A DNA stretch of 43,288 nucleotides from positions 9,823,035 through 9,866,322 of the forward strand of contig NC_068993.1 of NCBI RefSeq assembly GCF_001194135.2. The letters run 5' to 3'. The position numbers and the translations under genes are program-made. Shown here piece by piece: positions 1-12,760 of this stretch; the stretch's first letter is position 1; each line of letters starts with the position of its first letter. The notes under the pieces are model-generated. The model had not been told where the DNA came from. It was given only the letters and a program-made list of their open reading frames with translations, and made no database searches. The stretch comes from Octopus bimaculoides (Eukaryota).

Positions 1-320
1 TTGACCCCAGGACTTGATCTTTGTAAACTTAGTACTTGCTCTATCGGTTCTTTTGCTGAACTGCTCAGTTACAGGGATGTAAACACACAAACACTGGTTG
101 TCAAGCGATGGTGGGGGGGGGGGACAAACACAGGCACAGAAATAAATACATACATACGATGAGCTTATTTCAATTTCCATCTCCCAAATCCATTCACAAG
201 GCTTTGGTCAGCCCGAGGCTATAGTAGAAGACACTTGACCAAGGTGCCATGCAGTGGGACTGAACCGGGACCATGTGGTTGGTAAGCAAGCTACTTACCA
301 CATAACCACTCTTGTACCTA
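1..320 (-). mobile_element. SINE family 1 (tRNA head + CORE-like box + long tail), tail truncated by the window edge
   Basis: Reverse complement of the copies at 2272 and 30765 (cacaaggctttggtc..gaggctatagtagaagacacttg..ccatgtggttggtaagcaagctacttacc). Confidence 0.85.
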
Positions 321-649
321 TATTTATATTTCAGGATGGTCGTTTTCTTATCCATTTTTTTCTTGCCAAACAAATACATACATTGTATTAGTACTTGACT
401 CGTTATTATACTTATTTTATCTTGTGTCCATTATCTAGAAATCTTTCATCATGCATCTGTAACCTCTTCAGTGACAGAATGGACTAAACAGAACAAGAAG
501 AGATGGAAGAGTCACTGGAGTGGTCACAGAAAGTTGTACATCCTCTCCCTCTTTCTCTCACATACCCTCTCTCTCTCTCTCTCTGCCACCATCCTCACCA
601 TCTCTATACCTACTATTACCCTCACCCCAGCATGAGGAAGTGTCATTGA

Positions 650-1110
650 CTAGTGAGAGAGTGGCGGTCAAAGTGTGACACACTGACACAGAAATTAGTT
701 TTTCGCATTTATAATAGTAGACGAACAACCAACTGTTGAATCAGTGAATTACGTTCATATTTGGAAATCCAAATATTCTTCGGAATGCTGGATTGCTGCT
801 AATGTATCTATTTTGTTGATATATACTGACTTCATCTTGCTCATCCTGTCTTTGTAGAGCAAACACTACAGCATCGGATCCTTTGTTTACATATTGGCAG
901 ACATATTTAATGGATTTCCCTGAATTGCAAAATTCAACATTGATATGAGCGTTAAATATTTTGAGTAACAATGGGCAATGTGGAACAATCCACCTATTAT
1001 CAATTTAATATCCATCATTTCCACCAATTTCTGTTGGAAGGCCCTAGCAGTGAGATCGTGTCTATTTGCATGTGTTTGACCTAGAAGCAATTTTGAATCT
1101 CTTTTCACTT
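650..1110 (-). mobile_element. Helitron relic: Rep fragments plus putative 3' terminus
   Basis: Minus-strand translation gives NPK*KEIQN..GQTHANRHDLTARAFQQKL, then IDNRWIVPHCPLLLKIFNAHINVEFCNSGKSIKYVCQYVNKGSD...RYISSNPAFRRIFGFP, which are hallmark Helitron Rep segments. An imperfect hairpin (667-687) lies 13 nt before CTAG|T (653-650). Confidence 0.85.
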
Positions 1111-1124
1111 TGGATTACATAATC

Positions 1125-1380
1125 GTCATGGCACCTGTGCCAAGCATTGCCTCCCTGGCACTTGTGCCGGATGGCATGTGTAAAGACATTCGAGTGAGAT
1201 CGTTGCCAGTGCCGCCAAACTGGCTCCTGTGCAGGTGGCACGTAAAATACACCATTTTCAGCGTGGCCGTTGCCAGTACCGCCTGACTGACCTTCGTGCC
1301 GGTGGCACGTAAAAGCATCCACTACACTCTCGGAGTGGTTGGCGTAAGGAAGGGCATCCAGCTGTAGAAACTCTGCGAAA
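1125..1380 (+). mobile_element. Repeat family 4 (RTE-tail-like SINE body) with internal ~75-bp subrepeats
   Basis: tgccagt.ccgcc..actg...gtggcacgtaaaa occurs twice, then gtggttggcgtaaggaagggcatccagctgtagaaac. Related segments lie at 13035-13160, 15060-15320, 24367-24418 and 34510-34640. Confidence 0.7.
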
Positions 1381-1498
1381 TATACACACACATGCACATA
1401 TATACATATATATATGCACACTATAAATGATTCACACACACACACACACACACACCTTTTCATATACCAGAGAAATTTGAATTTCCAGTCTAAATATA

Positions 1499-2188
1499 NN
1501 NNNNNNNNNNNNNNNNNNNNNNNNNNNNNNNNNNNNNNNNNNNNNNNNNNNNNNNNNNNNNNNNNNNNNNNNNNNNNNNNNNNNNNNNNNNNNNNNNNNN
1601 NNNNNNNNNNNNNNNNNNNNNNNNNNNNNNNNNNNNNNNNNNNNNNNNNNNNNNNNNNNNNNNNNNNNNNNNNNNNNNNNNNNNNNNNNNNNNNNNNNNN
1701 NNNNNNNNNNNNNNNNNNNNNNNNNNNNNNNNNNNNNNNNNNNNNNNNNNNNNNNNNNNNNNNNNNNNNNNNNNNNNNNNNNNNNNNNNNNNNNNNNNNN
1801 NNNNNNNNNNNNNNNNNNNNNNNNNNNNNNNNNNNNNNNNNNNNNNNNNNNNNNNNNNNNNNNNNNNNNNNNNNNNNNNNNNNNNNNNNNNNNNNNNNNN
1901 NNNNNNNNNNNNNNNNNNNNNNNNNNNNNNNNNNNNNNNNNNNNNNNNNNNNNNNNNNNNNNNNNNNNNNNNNNNNNNNNNNNNNNNNNNNNNNNNNNNN
2001 NNNNNNNNNNNNNNNNNNNNNNNNNNNNNNNNNNNNNNNNNNNNNNNNNNNNNNNNNNNNNNNNNNNNNNNNNNNNNNNNNNNNNNNNNNNNNNNNNNNN
2101 NNNNNNNNNNNNNNNNNNNNNNNNNNNNNNNNNNNNNNNNNNNNNNNNNNNNNNNNNNNNNNNNNNNNNNNNNNNNNNNNNNNNNNNN
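1499..2188. other. Assembly gap. Others: 11781-12650, 18461-18749, 26851-27590 and 36907-36979.
   Basis: N runs, several flanked by simple repeats. Confidence 1.
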
Positions 2189-2271
2189 ATTTCTTATTTA
2201 TCCCCAGGTCAAACTTGGTTGAGCAGACCTGTAAATCAGACATTCCAATGGTGACTGTTCAGTACATTTAA

Positions 2272-2658
2272 CAGGAGTGGCTGTGTGGTAAATAGCTTGC
2301 TTACCAACCACATGGTTCCGGGTTCAGTCCCACTGCGTGGCATCTTGGGCAAGTGTCTTCTACTATAGCCTCGGGCCGACCAAAGCCTTGTGAGTGGATT
2401 TGGTAGATGGAAACTGAAAGAAGCCCGTCGTATATGTGTATATATATATATATATATGTAATGTGTGTGTGTGTTTGTGTTTGTCCCCCTAGCATTGCTT
2501 GACAACCGATGGTAATGTGCTTACGTCCCCGTAACTTAGCCATTCGGCAAAAGAGACCGATAGGCTTACAAAGAATAAGTCCCGGGGTCGATTTGCTCGA
2601 CAAAAGGCGGTGCTCCAGCATGGTCGCAGTCAAATGACTGAAACAAGTAAAGAGAGTA
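2272..2658 (+). mobile_element. SINE family 1, near full length
   Basis: A-box tggctgtgtggt, B-box gggttcagtccc, core ggcatcttgggcaagtgtcttctac, internal (TA)/(TG) spacer, tail ending gactgaaacaagtaaagagagta. Many copies occur in the window. Resembles octopus OR-type CORE-SINEs as recalled. Confidence 0.88.
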
Positions 2659-2799
2659 TATAAAATGACCATATCTGGCCCAGATATTCTGTTTTATGAT
2701 AAAACTTGCTAGATTTTGCCTCTTACACTCATCCCACAATGTCATTCTAAAAATAAGCAATCACATCATTGGAATCTCAAAGCTGCCAGATAAAGTAAG

Positions 2800-3112
2800 A
2801 CCTTCTTTGGTCACGAATGATCATGGAATTACATAAAGGAAGTTCCCCTGCAAGGCACAAGTCTGGGCAAAGTTGTTTTGTGGGAGACCAACAGCCATCC
2901 ATGCATATCAGTCTCTCCTCTGCACACAACCAATGTTGTCCAAGGGAAAGTCAAAGGCTAGTGCAGCTTGGCTCCAGTGATGTTGCAATTCATTCCTACA
3001 GCTGGAGCCACAGGAAATAAAGTGTCTTGCTGAAGAACACAGCTTGGTCTTGGAATCAAACTCACAACATCACGATTGTAAACCTGACTCTCTAACCAGA
3101 GCCATGCACCTT
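2800..3112 (-). mobile_element. SINE family 3 (tRNA head, gtgttcttcagcaagacactttattt core)
   Basis: Shares aaataaagtgtcttgct.aagaacac...tctaacca..gagccatgcacctt with 12761-12990. Confidence 0.75.
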
Positions 3113-3336
3113 CAGGTAAAGCTACAAGGAAATGCAGAGTTAATTCAAAGCATATGGTTTTAGGTTCAATCCAGCTGCTTGGCACTTTGGGCAAGTATCT
3201 TCTACTATAGTCCCAGGCCAACCAAAGCCTTGTGAATGAATTTGGTAGAGGGGAAACTAAATGAAACTAGTTGTGTGTGTGTACACTTGCCCAAGGTGCC
3301 ATGCAATAAAGACTGAACTCAAATCCAGGTCTTTAA

Positions 3337-3554
3337 CCCTCTAACATTCCTATTCTGTCCTGTGTAATCCTTATTTATCCATTTTAATTTTGAACTAATC
3401 ATGCATTATCTCATAGCTTTTAGATTTCAATGATGTGATTATTTATCATTAAAATGACATTGTAAGGTTGGTGCGAAAGGCTGAATATGGCCAGCCCCAA
3501 CATAAAACTGGCAAAATATTTGGGCTGAATATGGCCAGTTTAAATGATAAAGGG
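3337..3554. mobile_element. MITE family A, diverged (partial copies also at about 2665-2790, 3600-3725 and 7746-7850)
   Basis: TTAA|CCCTCTAACATTC ... aaatgataaaGGG; body shared with the 24067 copy. Confidence 0.7.
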
Positions 3555-4509
3555 ATGAAACTGGTTTTCCATACAGTATATCCACAGGTTTGTGACTCCA
3601 AGATATAACTATATAATTGATGTTTTCAGAATGATGTAGGGTGGATGTGAGAGGCTGGATCTGACCAGATTGAACATAAAGCAGGTTGAATATTTGGACT
3701 GGATATAACTAGGGTAGACATTAAAGGCACAATCTTTATAGCTCAGTCCACCGTAACTTCAGGATGTAACATGTGTTCTAGAGATGTTTATTCTATGAAA
3801 ATTGTGTTCCATAATTGTGTGTGTGAGAGAGAGAGGGAAGGAACACTCATACTTTCTGTTTTATAAGCCAGCACTTGACATTAGCTTGCCAAAAAAACAC
3901 TATCAAGTTTAGTAAAATGTTTATATTTTACACCATTTCCATCCCAGATATTGCTGACAAAATGCTATCCTACTCAAACTAATTGTTTTGTTTTTTTTTT
4001 CTTTACTTTTTTTTTTTTTAGATTTTTTTCTTTTTTAGTTAGTGTCTACTTAGACACTTATGTGCAAAATTGAAATTTTTGAGAGCAGTTGTGAATAAGA
4101 GTTCAAAGTAATTATTAATAATTAATCATTTAACCACCGACCATTGCAAAGTGGAAACTGTTGTCTTTCGGGCAAACGGAGGTCAGCAGGGCAGAGGGAA
4201 CCAAGGTCATGTGGGTGTGTGTGCGCAGGGAATAAACTAGAAAAACTCCAGCACATTGATATTTCAAGTCATTCATTATTGAAATGTCGTTTATAAAACA
4301 TATGTAATAGAAAGTGCAGAAGACCTCAAATTGTTATGGGAGGCAGCATAATTAATTGTATAGATACCAGTATTATTTTATTGTCCTTTGATGAAGGAAT
4401 GGCAAACCTAACATTGGTAGGGTTTGAACTTAGAACATATAGTAATCTAAAGGATAAAACTCCTTAAGCCACATAGACTCATAAGGCTGGTATTCTGGTT
4501 TCTATGGTA

Positions 4510-4917
4510 TACTCTTTTACTTGTTGCAGTCATTTGACTGTGGCCATGCTGGAGCACCGCCTTTAGTCGAGCAAATCGACCCCCAGGACTCATTCTTTGT
4601 AAGCCTAGTACTTATTCTATCGGTCTCCCTTTGCCGAACTGCTAAGTTACGGGGATGTAAACACGCCAGTATCAGTTGTCAAGCGTTGTTGTGGGGACAA
4701 ACACAGACACACAAACATATACACACACACACATACATATATATACATATATACGGCGGGCTTCTTTCAGTTTCTGTCTACCAAATCTACTCACAAGGCT
4801 TTGGTCAGCCCAAGGCTATAGTAGAAGACACTTGCCCAAAGTGTCATGCAGTGGGACTGAACCCGGAACCATGTGGCTCGTAAGCAAGCTACTTACCACA
4901 CAGCCACTCCTACGCCT
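4510..4917 (-). mobile_element. SINE family 1, full length
   Basis: Inverted near-copy of 2272-2658 and 30765-31153 from tail to tRNA head. Confidence 0.88.
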
Positions 4918-7500
4918 ATATATATATATTTCCCCCTGAATGGGACGCTGGTCCATTGTAGGAAATCATGTGATCTGGCAATAATAGTAGCCATAGCAGA
5001 TGGTTTTTTGTCTGTCAGCGATTGGAATTCAAGTGCTTTTATGCACCAGGAATCCATATGAGAGGCCCTTTGAAGGTAAATGGCACAGTATTCTATGTTC
5101 TCACCTAACTTTCGCATTAAGTTTAAGATTACGATTACTATTTGGTATTAATGCTGTTTCTTTCAATATCAATCATACATTGTCTTTGTTTCAAGTAATT
5201 TTGAAAATAATGAAGAACTCACTAAAATATCTTTGTCATTATTAATTTGGTGTTTGGAACTTAAAATGGAATTAAAATGAAACTTTGATGGAAAGATTTT
5301 AATTTAGATGACTTTAAAGATGAGAAATTTCAGTGTTTGGGCATTGCTTAACTCAAGGAGTTTTGTTAAACAGTTAAACTCTCCTACAGTTGTCTGCAGG
5401 AGAGATCCAGTTATTAACTGAATCCGTTGTGCGGATTGTCACACCACTTTCTTTTGATTGAGAAAGATAGTTTTTTCCTCTGATTGCCATGCCAGAAGAG
5501 ATTGCATGGTTGTCAGGTTGGTTAAATGTGTATTCATTGATCTGTATAATGTTTAGCTGCATGATAAAGCTGACTCTGAATGTTGTTGAAATAGCTTTTA
5601 TTTGTACAGAAGTGTATCACAACATTTGCATAGTTCCAGGATGGTTTGTCAGCTGTGTTTTTGTGGTGTGTTAGAAGCAAATGTAGTTCATAGTTACATT
5701 AACAGCTGAAAAGATTAACTTAGTATAAGAGTGGGAACAGTACTGTTTTCCATAGTCAATAATTTCTTTAACCCAGGGCTGAGCTGCAGCCAACGAAACT
5801 TGCCTGTTTAAAAGGGTTTGTTGCCTGTACAACTGAAGTGTTACTCCGGTGTGTTTATGACTGAGATGAGGATATTGTGCTCATGGTTATTTAGAGAAGT
5901 GTAGTGATGACAGTCGTTTTTTTCAGCACAGGTCATGTAGGGGCCAAGATTCCTGTGTTCGTCTACCTGCTCTGGAATCTACTCAAACCCTGTGTTGATT
6001 CTCCGACATTGTTGCTTATATAACCTCTTCTGCATGGAAACATGATGGAATGTTCTATAATATTAGGTGATAGTCCAAGCTCTACTGTGTTATTATCCTT
6101 AAAAGGTTGCATTGTTATAATGTCCACTCAGTATCACAGTACAATTACTATATCAACAGAGACAAGACTATCAACACAGTCTACACATACTCTCGACCTT
6201 CTGTGTTGACTGGCTAACTGGTCTATTTGTAATGACTGGCTGCTACCACTTTTTACTGGGAAGGGTGTACAGTTTCACTATACGACACAATAAGTACCAG
6301 GCTTAATCAGAAAATAAGTATCAGGATTGGTTGGTTCAACTAAAGTTCTTCATGGTGGTGCCCCAGCATGGCCACAGTTTAATGACTGAAACAAGTAAGA
6401 GATACAAGATATATAAAATATCCACTTTTCCATGCATGAATCAGACAGAATTTGTTGAGGCAGATTTTCTATGATTGGATGCTAACCCTCACCCGTTTCC
6501 AAATAAGGTAACGTTTCCTCATGGACAGGTTTCACAGCAGATTACAAATGGACACTTCTTGTATCATGTTGACGACATTTGTTTTACAACTGTCATGTGA
6601 TGACAAGACAAGGAGAAAGACATGCACATGCATCCTCACATGCACTAGTGTGCCTGTGCACACACACAAACACACACATGTGGGCTTCTTTCACTTTCCA
6701 TCTTATAAATCCATGCACAAGGCTTTGTTGGCCTGGGGAAATTGTAGAAGGCACTTGCAGTGGGGTCGAACCCATATCGATGGGGTTGGGAAGTATACTG
6801 CTTCCCACATAGCCAAGGCTAGGATATTAGGATATAAAAACTGCTATAGTGCAAGAGTGGTGAGTTTAAAACTCAACTTTACAAGTTCACCAAATATCAA
6901 AGGAATTAGAAAATTATTAGAACCAGAAGAAAGAGAAAAGGTAAACAATAACGTTTCTAAAAATACATAAAAAGCACATTGAAAATATATGTAAACATTT
7001 TAGCCAGATATAAATGTCACCTGTGAGTATTTTATGTAAAACATGAAATACACCCATGCTCTAAGTTTATGCACTCCTTTGTATATATCTTTACAATCAG
7101 GGTCAAAGGCTGCTTTCTGATATTTACTTAAGCTGTGGGAGTCAATGTTTTATCAAAAGCATTTCCTTTTTTATTTCTATTCCCACTTTTTTTTAATCAA
7201 TGTATTTATTGACACTAGAGAAAACTTAGCAGTGGATTATGTCAATAAAAATGAATCCCTATTGATTTGTGGATTTCAACCTTTGCATTATCAAGGACCA
7301 CTTTTCGATTACCAGAAAAAATCATCTCTCCAGATTTTGACATCATAACAATTTTTCAGGTGGGGTTAAATTGGAATGACATAATTCTCCAGATCAGATA
7401 ATCTAAGGGGATGATTCTATGAGTGGGTCTTAAGGTAAGATAACCTGCAATGACAATTTTTCAGATGGGATAATCTGGGCTGATGATTAAGATGTGATAA

Positions 7501-7740
7501 CTGCTGGTGGCATAACCTGAGCAGACGATTTTTCAGGTGGGATAACCTGGGCAGACGATTTTTCAGGTGCGATAACCTGGGCAGACAGTTTTTCAGGTGG
7601 GATAACCTGGGCAGACGATTTTTCAGGTGGGATAACCTGGGCAGACAGTTTTTCAGGTGGGATAACCTGGGCAGACAGTTTTTCAGGTGGGATAACCTGG
7701 GCAGACGATTTTTCAGGTGGGATAACCTGGGATGACAATT
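7501..7740. repeat. 30-bp minisatellite, 8 units, with degenerate units extending left to about 7340
   Basis: Unit tttcaggtgggataacctgggcagac(ga/ag)tt. Confidence 0.95.
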
Positions 7741-9353
7741 CTTAACCCTTTAGTATTTAAGCCAGCCATATCTGGCTTAAATATTCTCCCTCTTTTATAT
7801 TCAAACTGACCTAATCAAACTTCCCATGCCTAGCTTGCATTATCTCTGAGGCTTTGAACTTTTTGTTTATTTTTATTCAAGGAAAAAGATCCCATTACAC
7901 CATCACAACGTGTTGTTTACAATCCACAGCAGTAATTGTTTTCACCTCAATAGACGTCAGTGATTGGTTGAAATTACCGAAATACAACTTTTAACATGAA
8001 ATAACTTTAAAAATAAAAACTTTTCTCAACAACACTAAGAGTAAAAGATGTTTTATATGACACATTTTACCAGTGTCCCAAATTTGAAAGTGTTTCGTTA
8101 AGAAAACAAGTGGTGTCCGCCAAATCAGAAAGATCCTAAATTTGAAAACAATTGGAACCAAATTGTAGACAGTGATGAAAACTATAAAGCTATAGTAGGA
8201 GATGGTTCAAAACTGAACCCAGAACCATGTGATTGGGAATCAAATTTTTTACCACACAGCCAGGCTTGTGCCCATTTATTTATTTTGTAGACCATTAGGT
8301 GGGTCTATGAATCCCAGGCTGCAAGCTGCTGCCGCCATAGTTTGGGAAATTGATTTGCTGTGAGAAATGAAAATGTCTCATGTTCTGAGAACTTTTTCTC
8401 AGACAGAGAGAGGAAGAGAGAAAAAGAAAGAAAGAGAGGTAGGAGGGAGCAAGAGGGAAAATTGTGAATGAAAACTTGAATGAAGAGGGAAAGTAGGAGA
8501 GAGAAGGAAGGAAAGGTACTGAGTTAAGAAAGTGTATACTTGAGGAAGGAAGGAAAGGAGTGCATAGAGGTATTAGGGGAGGGGAAGATGCAAAATGTTT
8601 ATTAAGACCCCAGTCAGTTGAAAGCAGGAAGGTGGTTAGAACCAGGTTAAGTGGGGAAGATAAAGAACATAAGTCTTTGAAATGCCTGTTAGAATGGTGG
8701 CAGCTGATGAAGGAAAATGTTCTCTATGTGGCCTGTGTGTTTTCTGTACTCTGGTTATTATTATTTTTTTTTTGTCTACGTTTTGTTTGCAACGTCCTGT
8801 ACCCTGATATGCACCTATATATACAGGTAGATGCAGGTATGCACATACTTGTACGTATATATGCATATACTCATTTGTTATTTGTTTTACATACTTATAT
8901 GTTATGCAGAATAACAGATATACCATAAGCAAAATAGAGGAGGCAGAATAGCAGAAATGGAATGAGAGAGAGAGAGTGATCTTGTAGAGATTTGAAATCG
9001 CTAAGGAGTGGTTGAGAATGGTAATGAATTAAGAAAAAAAAATAGTGGTTGAGAATAGTATAATAAATCTAAAGATAAAAAAAAAAAAAATGGTTAAAGT
9101 CTAGGTCAGATTGTAGGTCAGGTGAGGATGGACTGATGCTTCTAGTTGTCTCTGACAGGTGATTTATTAGTATATATAAATAACATAGAAACTGAATTAT
9201 GTAGTTATGTAACAGTGTTGTATGAAAAAAAAAAGAAATTAAACAAATAGGATGCAGAGAATATAATTTTGAAGTTGTGCTTGCTTGGCAAGTGACTTGA
9301 TCTCAAGTTGTTTATTGAAACCAGGGAAAAAATTCTTCATCGTAGTAATAGAC

Positions 9354-9399
<46 letters not shown>

Positions 9400-9924
9400 T
9401 TTTGATGTGTGTGTTGTTATACATTTATTTTGGTTTATTTTGGAATATAATCATCATGGTTATTGTCTGTATGTCTACAATGTCTGTGCTTGTATGCCTT
9501 CTGTTGCTCAAGTGTTATTGGAGCAGTATTCGACAGCTGGATGCCACCATTCCTGTTGTTAACTCTTTCCTCTAAGTAAGGTATATTTATTCCGCTTGTC
9601 TTCCCTTATGACGAAATAGGCAAGTGATGACAAGACATACTGTTCAGGAAAGACATAAAGACTGTCATATTTCTTCTTTTTTTTTTTTTGCTCTCACACA
9701 GGGACAATCTGAAGACACGCAGATAAACAAACACACTCAATGGGCTTCTCATACAGATTCTGTCTACTAAATTTTACTCCCATGGCAATTGCTGGCCTTA
9801 GGCTTTAGTAGACGACATTCTATGTACCACATGAGATGGAACCTGAGACATGTGGTTGTAAAGTAAATTTCTTAACCACGCTGCCATACTTGCAGCTAAT
9901 CCATCCAGCCATCAATCTGTATTC

Positions 9925-10200
9925 TTTTATTCTTGTTTCAGTCAGTTGACTGTGACCATGCTACAGCACCACCTTAAAGCGTTTTAGTTGAACAAATTGA
10001 CTCTAGGATTTTTATTTTAAAATCCTAATGTACACAGATATATTCTTTTATTCTTTTATTTGTTTCAGTCATTTGACTGTGGCCGTGCTGGAGCACCACC
10101 TTTAGTGAACAAATATCAGTCCCCCTAGACTTTTTCTTTGTAAGTACTTATTCTATCGGTCTCTTTTGCTGAACCACTAGATTATGGGGGCGTCAACACA
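9925..10200 (-). mobile_element. Two adjacent SINE family 1 tail fragments
   Basis: ttcttttattcttgtttcagtca..tgactgtg.cc.tgct..agcaccacctt occurs at about 9925 and again at about 10050. Confidence 0.75.
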
Positions 10201-11361
10201 GATATATATATAGATATATAGATATAGATATACATAGATAGATATAGATATAGATATATTTGTCCAGAATCACGCCAAATATGGAAAAGGAGAGAAAATA
10301 GTAATTCAGTGAAGGAGAAGTAGTGAGAGTAATAGCCCTGACTGAGAGGGAGTGAGAGAAAGTAATAGCAGTGAGAGAAAGGAAGGGATGACAAATAAGG
10401 AAGGAAGAGGTGTAAAAAAAAAATCAACATTCCAACTCTGTGTGAGTATATATGTGTGTGTGTGTACAAGGGAAGTATGTGAATGTTTGTATGTGGGATT
10501 ATTTTGTACCTTATGTATATAATACTACAATTAACCATCTTTATGTGATCTGCTAATTAGAAATAATTGTGATGAGTAAGGACCCAAAAAATTTTTTAAA
10601 AAAGCAATATTTAACCAATGTCTAATTTTAATTTACTTAGGCAAGTGCAAGGACAACTCTAGATAGGTTTCTGTCTCATTCAAACCTCCTCAGCAAAGTC
10701 TCGGCTTCATCATATTTGGCAAATTTGTGATGAGAGAAGCAGCAGCAGTAAATGTACAATAATTTTATTCTGGCTGCCATAGAAAATTGCCCTTTTTTTT
10801 AGTTAGTAATTCTTGCGAGTAATTTGTCTGTTTACTATGGATCGTTAACAGATGGAGTATATTTTTAACCCTGACATCACTAAAAAATATGCAAGTGGCT
10901 ATTAATAAATCTCTCTCTCTCTCGCTCTCTTGCTCCTCCTCTACCCTCTTCTCTCACTTGTTTTCTCTCTCTATCTCTGTCTGCCTGTCTTTTTTTTTCT
11001 CTCTTAATCTCTTACACTATCTTCCAAATCTCTCACCTCCATGTCTCTTATCCTGTGATATACAATTAGTAATTTTATGCAGTGCACCTACATGCTTGCT
11101 TGCACATATATACACACACAGACACACACACTCTCAAACAGTCAAGTTTGCATGCTCTCAAGCGCATTCGTGTTGTACACTCAGAAAATTACACACATAC
11201 CAGACACACACACACATATACACACTCTTAGGAAAGAGTATATGTCATGTGTATGTGAGTGTAAGAAAGTATTCATTTATAGTATTGTGTCCTGCCAGTA
11301 CTACGAGACTTATAGTATGCTCTCATACCAGTATCAGTCATGTCTGCACTATTAGATTTAT

Positions 11362-11515
11362 AGTGTAGACTAGTGGTTAGTGTGTTGGGCTTGCAATTAT
11401 AAGTTCATGGGCTCAATTCTTGTGCTAGGTGGCACATTGTGGCCTTGAGCAAGAGATTTTATTTTTGGTTGCTCCAGTTTACTCTGAAAATGATTAGTCT
11501 GAATGCTGATGCAGC
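11362..11515 (+). mobile_element. SINE family 3 head and core, diverged
   Basis: tagtggttagtgtgttgggcttgcaatt...ttgtggccttgagcaagagattttattt..gttgctccagtttactc, the inverse of 12860-12985. Confidence 0.65.
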
Positions 11516-12650
11516 TTTCTCTCTCTCTCTCTCATTTTCTCTTTCACTCGCTCTCTCTTTCACTCACCCTCTCTTTCACTCACCCTCTTTCATCGAAACT
11601 TCAGCAAGTATAATGAATTCTATGCTTTACTGAAGAGGCTTGATAATGCTGAAAGCTGGCAATAATTGTCTCCTCCTCTTAGCAGAACAATTAGAATAGT
11701 ATTTGTCATGGAGGTAATATTGTCTATTCTTCACTATTTAATTATTTCTAATTAGCTTTTTTTATCATTTATTCCAATGTNNNNNNNNNNNNNNNNNNNN
11801 NNNNNNNNNNNNNNNNNNNNNNNNNNNNNNNNNNNNNNNNNNNNNNNNNNNNNNNNNNNNNNNNNNNNNNNNNNNNNNNNNNNNNNNNNNNNNNNNNNNN
11901 NNNNNNNNNNNNNNNNNNNNNNNNNNNNNNNNNNNNNNNNNNNNNNNNNNNNNNNNNNNNNNNNNNNNNNNNNNNNNNNNNNNNNNNNNNNNNNNNNNNN
12001 NNNNNNNNNNNNNNNNNNNNNNNNNNNNNNNNNNNNNNNNNNNNNNNNNNNNNNNNNNNNNNNNNNNNNNNNNNNNNNNNNNNNNNNNNNNNNNNNNNNN
12101 NNNNNNNNNNNNNNNNNNNNNNNNNNNNNNNNNNNNNNNNNNNNNNNNNNNNNNNNNNNNNNNNNNNNNNNNNNNNNNNNNNNNNNNNNNNNNNNNNNNN
12201 NNNNNNNNNNNNNNNNNNNNNNNNNNNNNNNNNNNNNNNNNNNNNNNNNNNNNNNNNNNNNNNNNNNNNNNNNNNNNNNNNNNNNNNNNNNNNNNNNNNN
12301 NNNNNNNNNNNNNNNNNNNNNNNNNNNNNNNNNNNNNNNNNNNNNNNNNNNNNNNNNNNNNNNNNNNNNNNNNNNNNNNNNNNNNNNNNNNNNNNNNNNN
12401 NNNNNNNNNNNNNNNNNNNNNNNNNNNNNNNNNNNNNNNNNNNNNNNNNNNNNNNNNNNNNNNNNNNNNNNNNNNNNNNNNNNNNNNNNNNNNNNNNNNN
12501 NNNNNNNNNNNNNNNNNNNNNNNNNNNNNNNNNNNNNNNNNNNNNNNNNNNNNNNNNNNNNNNNNNNNNNNNNNNNNNNNNNNNNNNNNNNNNNNNNNNN
12601 NNNNNNNNNNNNNNNNNNNNNNNNNNNNNNNNNNNNNNNNNNNNNNNNNN

Positions 12651-12760
12651 CTCTCTCTCTCCCTCTCCCCCGTCTCTCTCTCTCCCTCTCCCCCGTCTCT
12701 CTCTCTCCCTCTCCCCTGTCTCTCTCTCTCCCTCTCCCCCGTCTCTCTCTCTCCCTCTCT
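12651..12760. repeat. CT-rich compound repeat next to a gap
   Basis: Repeated ccctctcccccgtctctctctct units. Confidence 0.9.

Noticed and set aside
1062-2271. Long ORFs of 270-390 aa here and at 11765-12917, 18441-18788 and 26758-27662
   Set aside because: They are open only because they cross N gaps.
2272-2345. tRNA genes at SINE heads
   Set aside because: A/B boxes are present, but the sequence runs into SINE core and tail, and I could not fold a complete cloverleaf.
2236-2760. Recurring short ORFs (QGFGRPEAIVEDTCPRCHAVG, LWSARGYSRRHLPK), also at 4521-4939, 13947 and 30861
   Set aside because: These are translations of SINE family 1 copies.
7487-7740. CRISPR array, or repeat-protein ORF (SAQVIPPEK)n
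   Set aside because: Units are contiguous with no unique spacers, there are no cas genes and the context is eukaryotic. The ORF is a by-product of a stop-free 30-bp unit.
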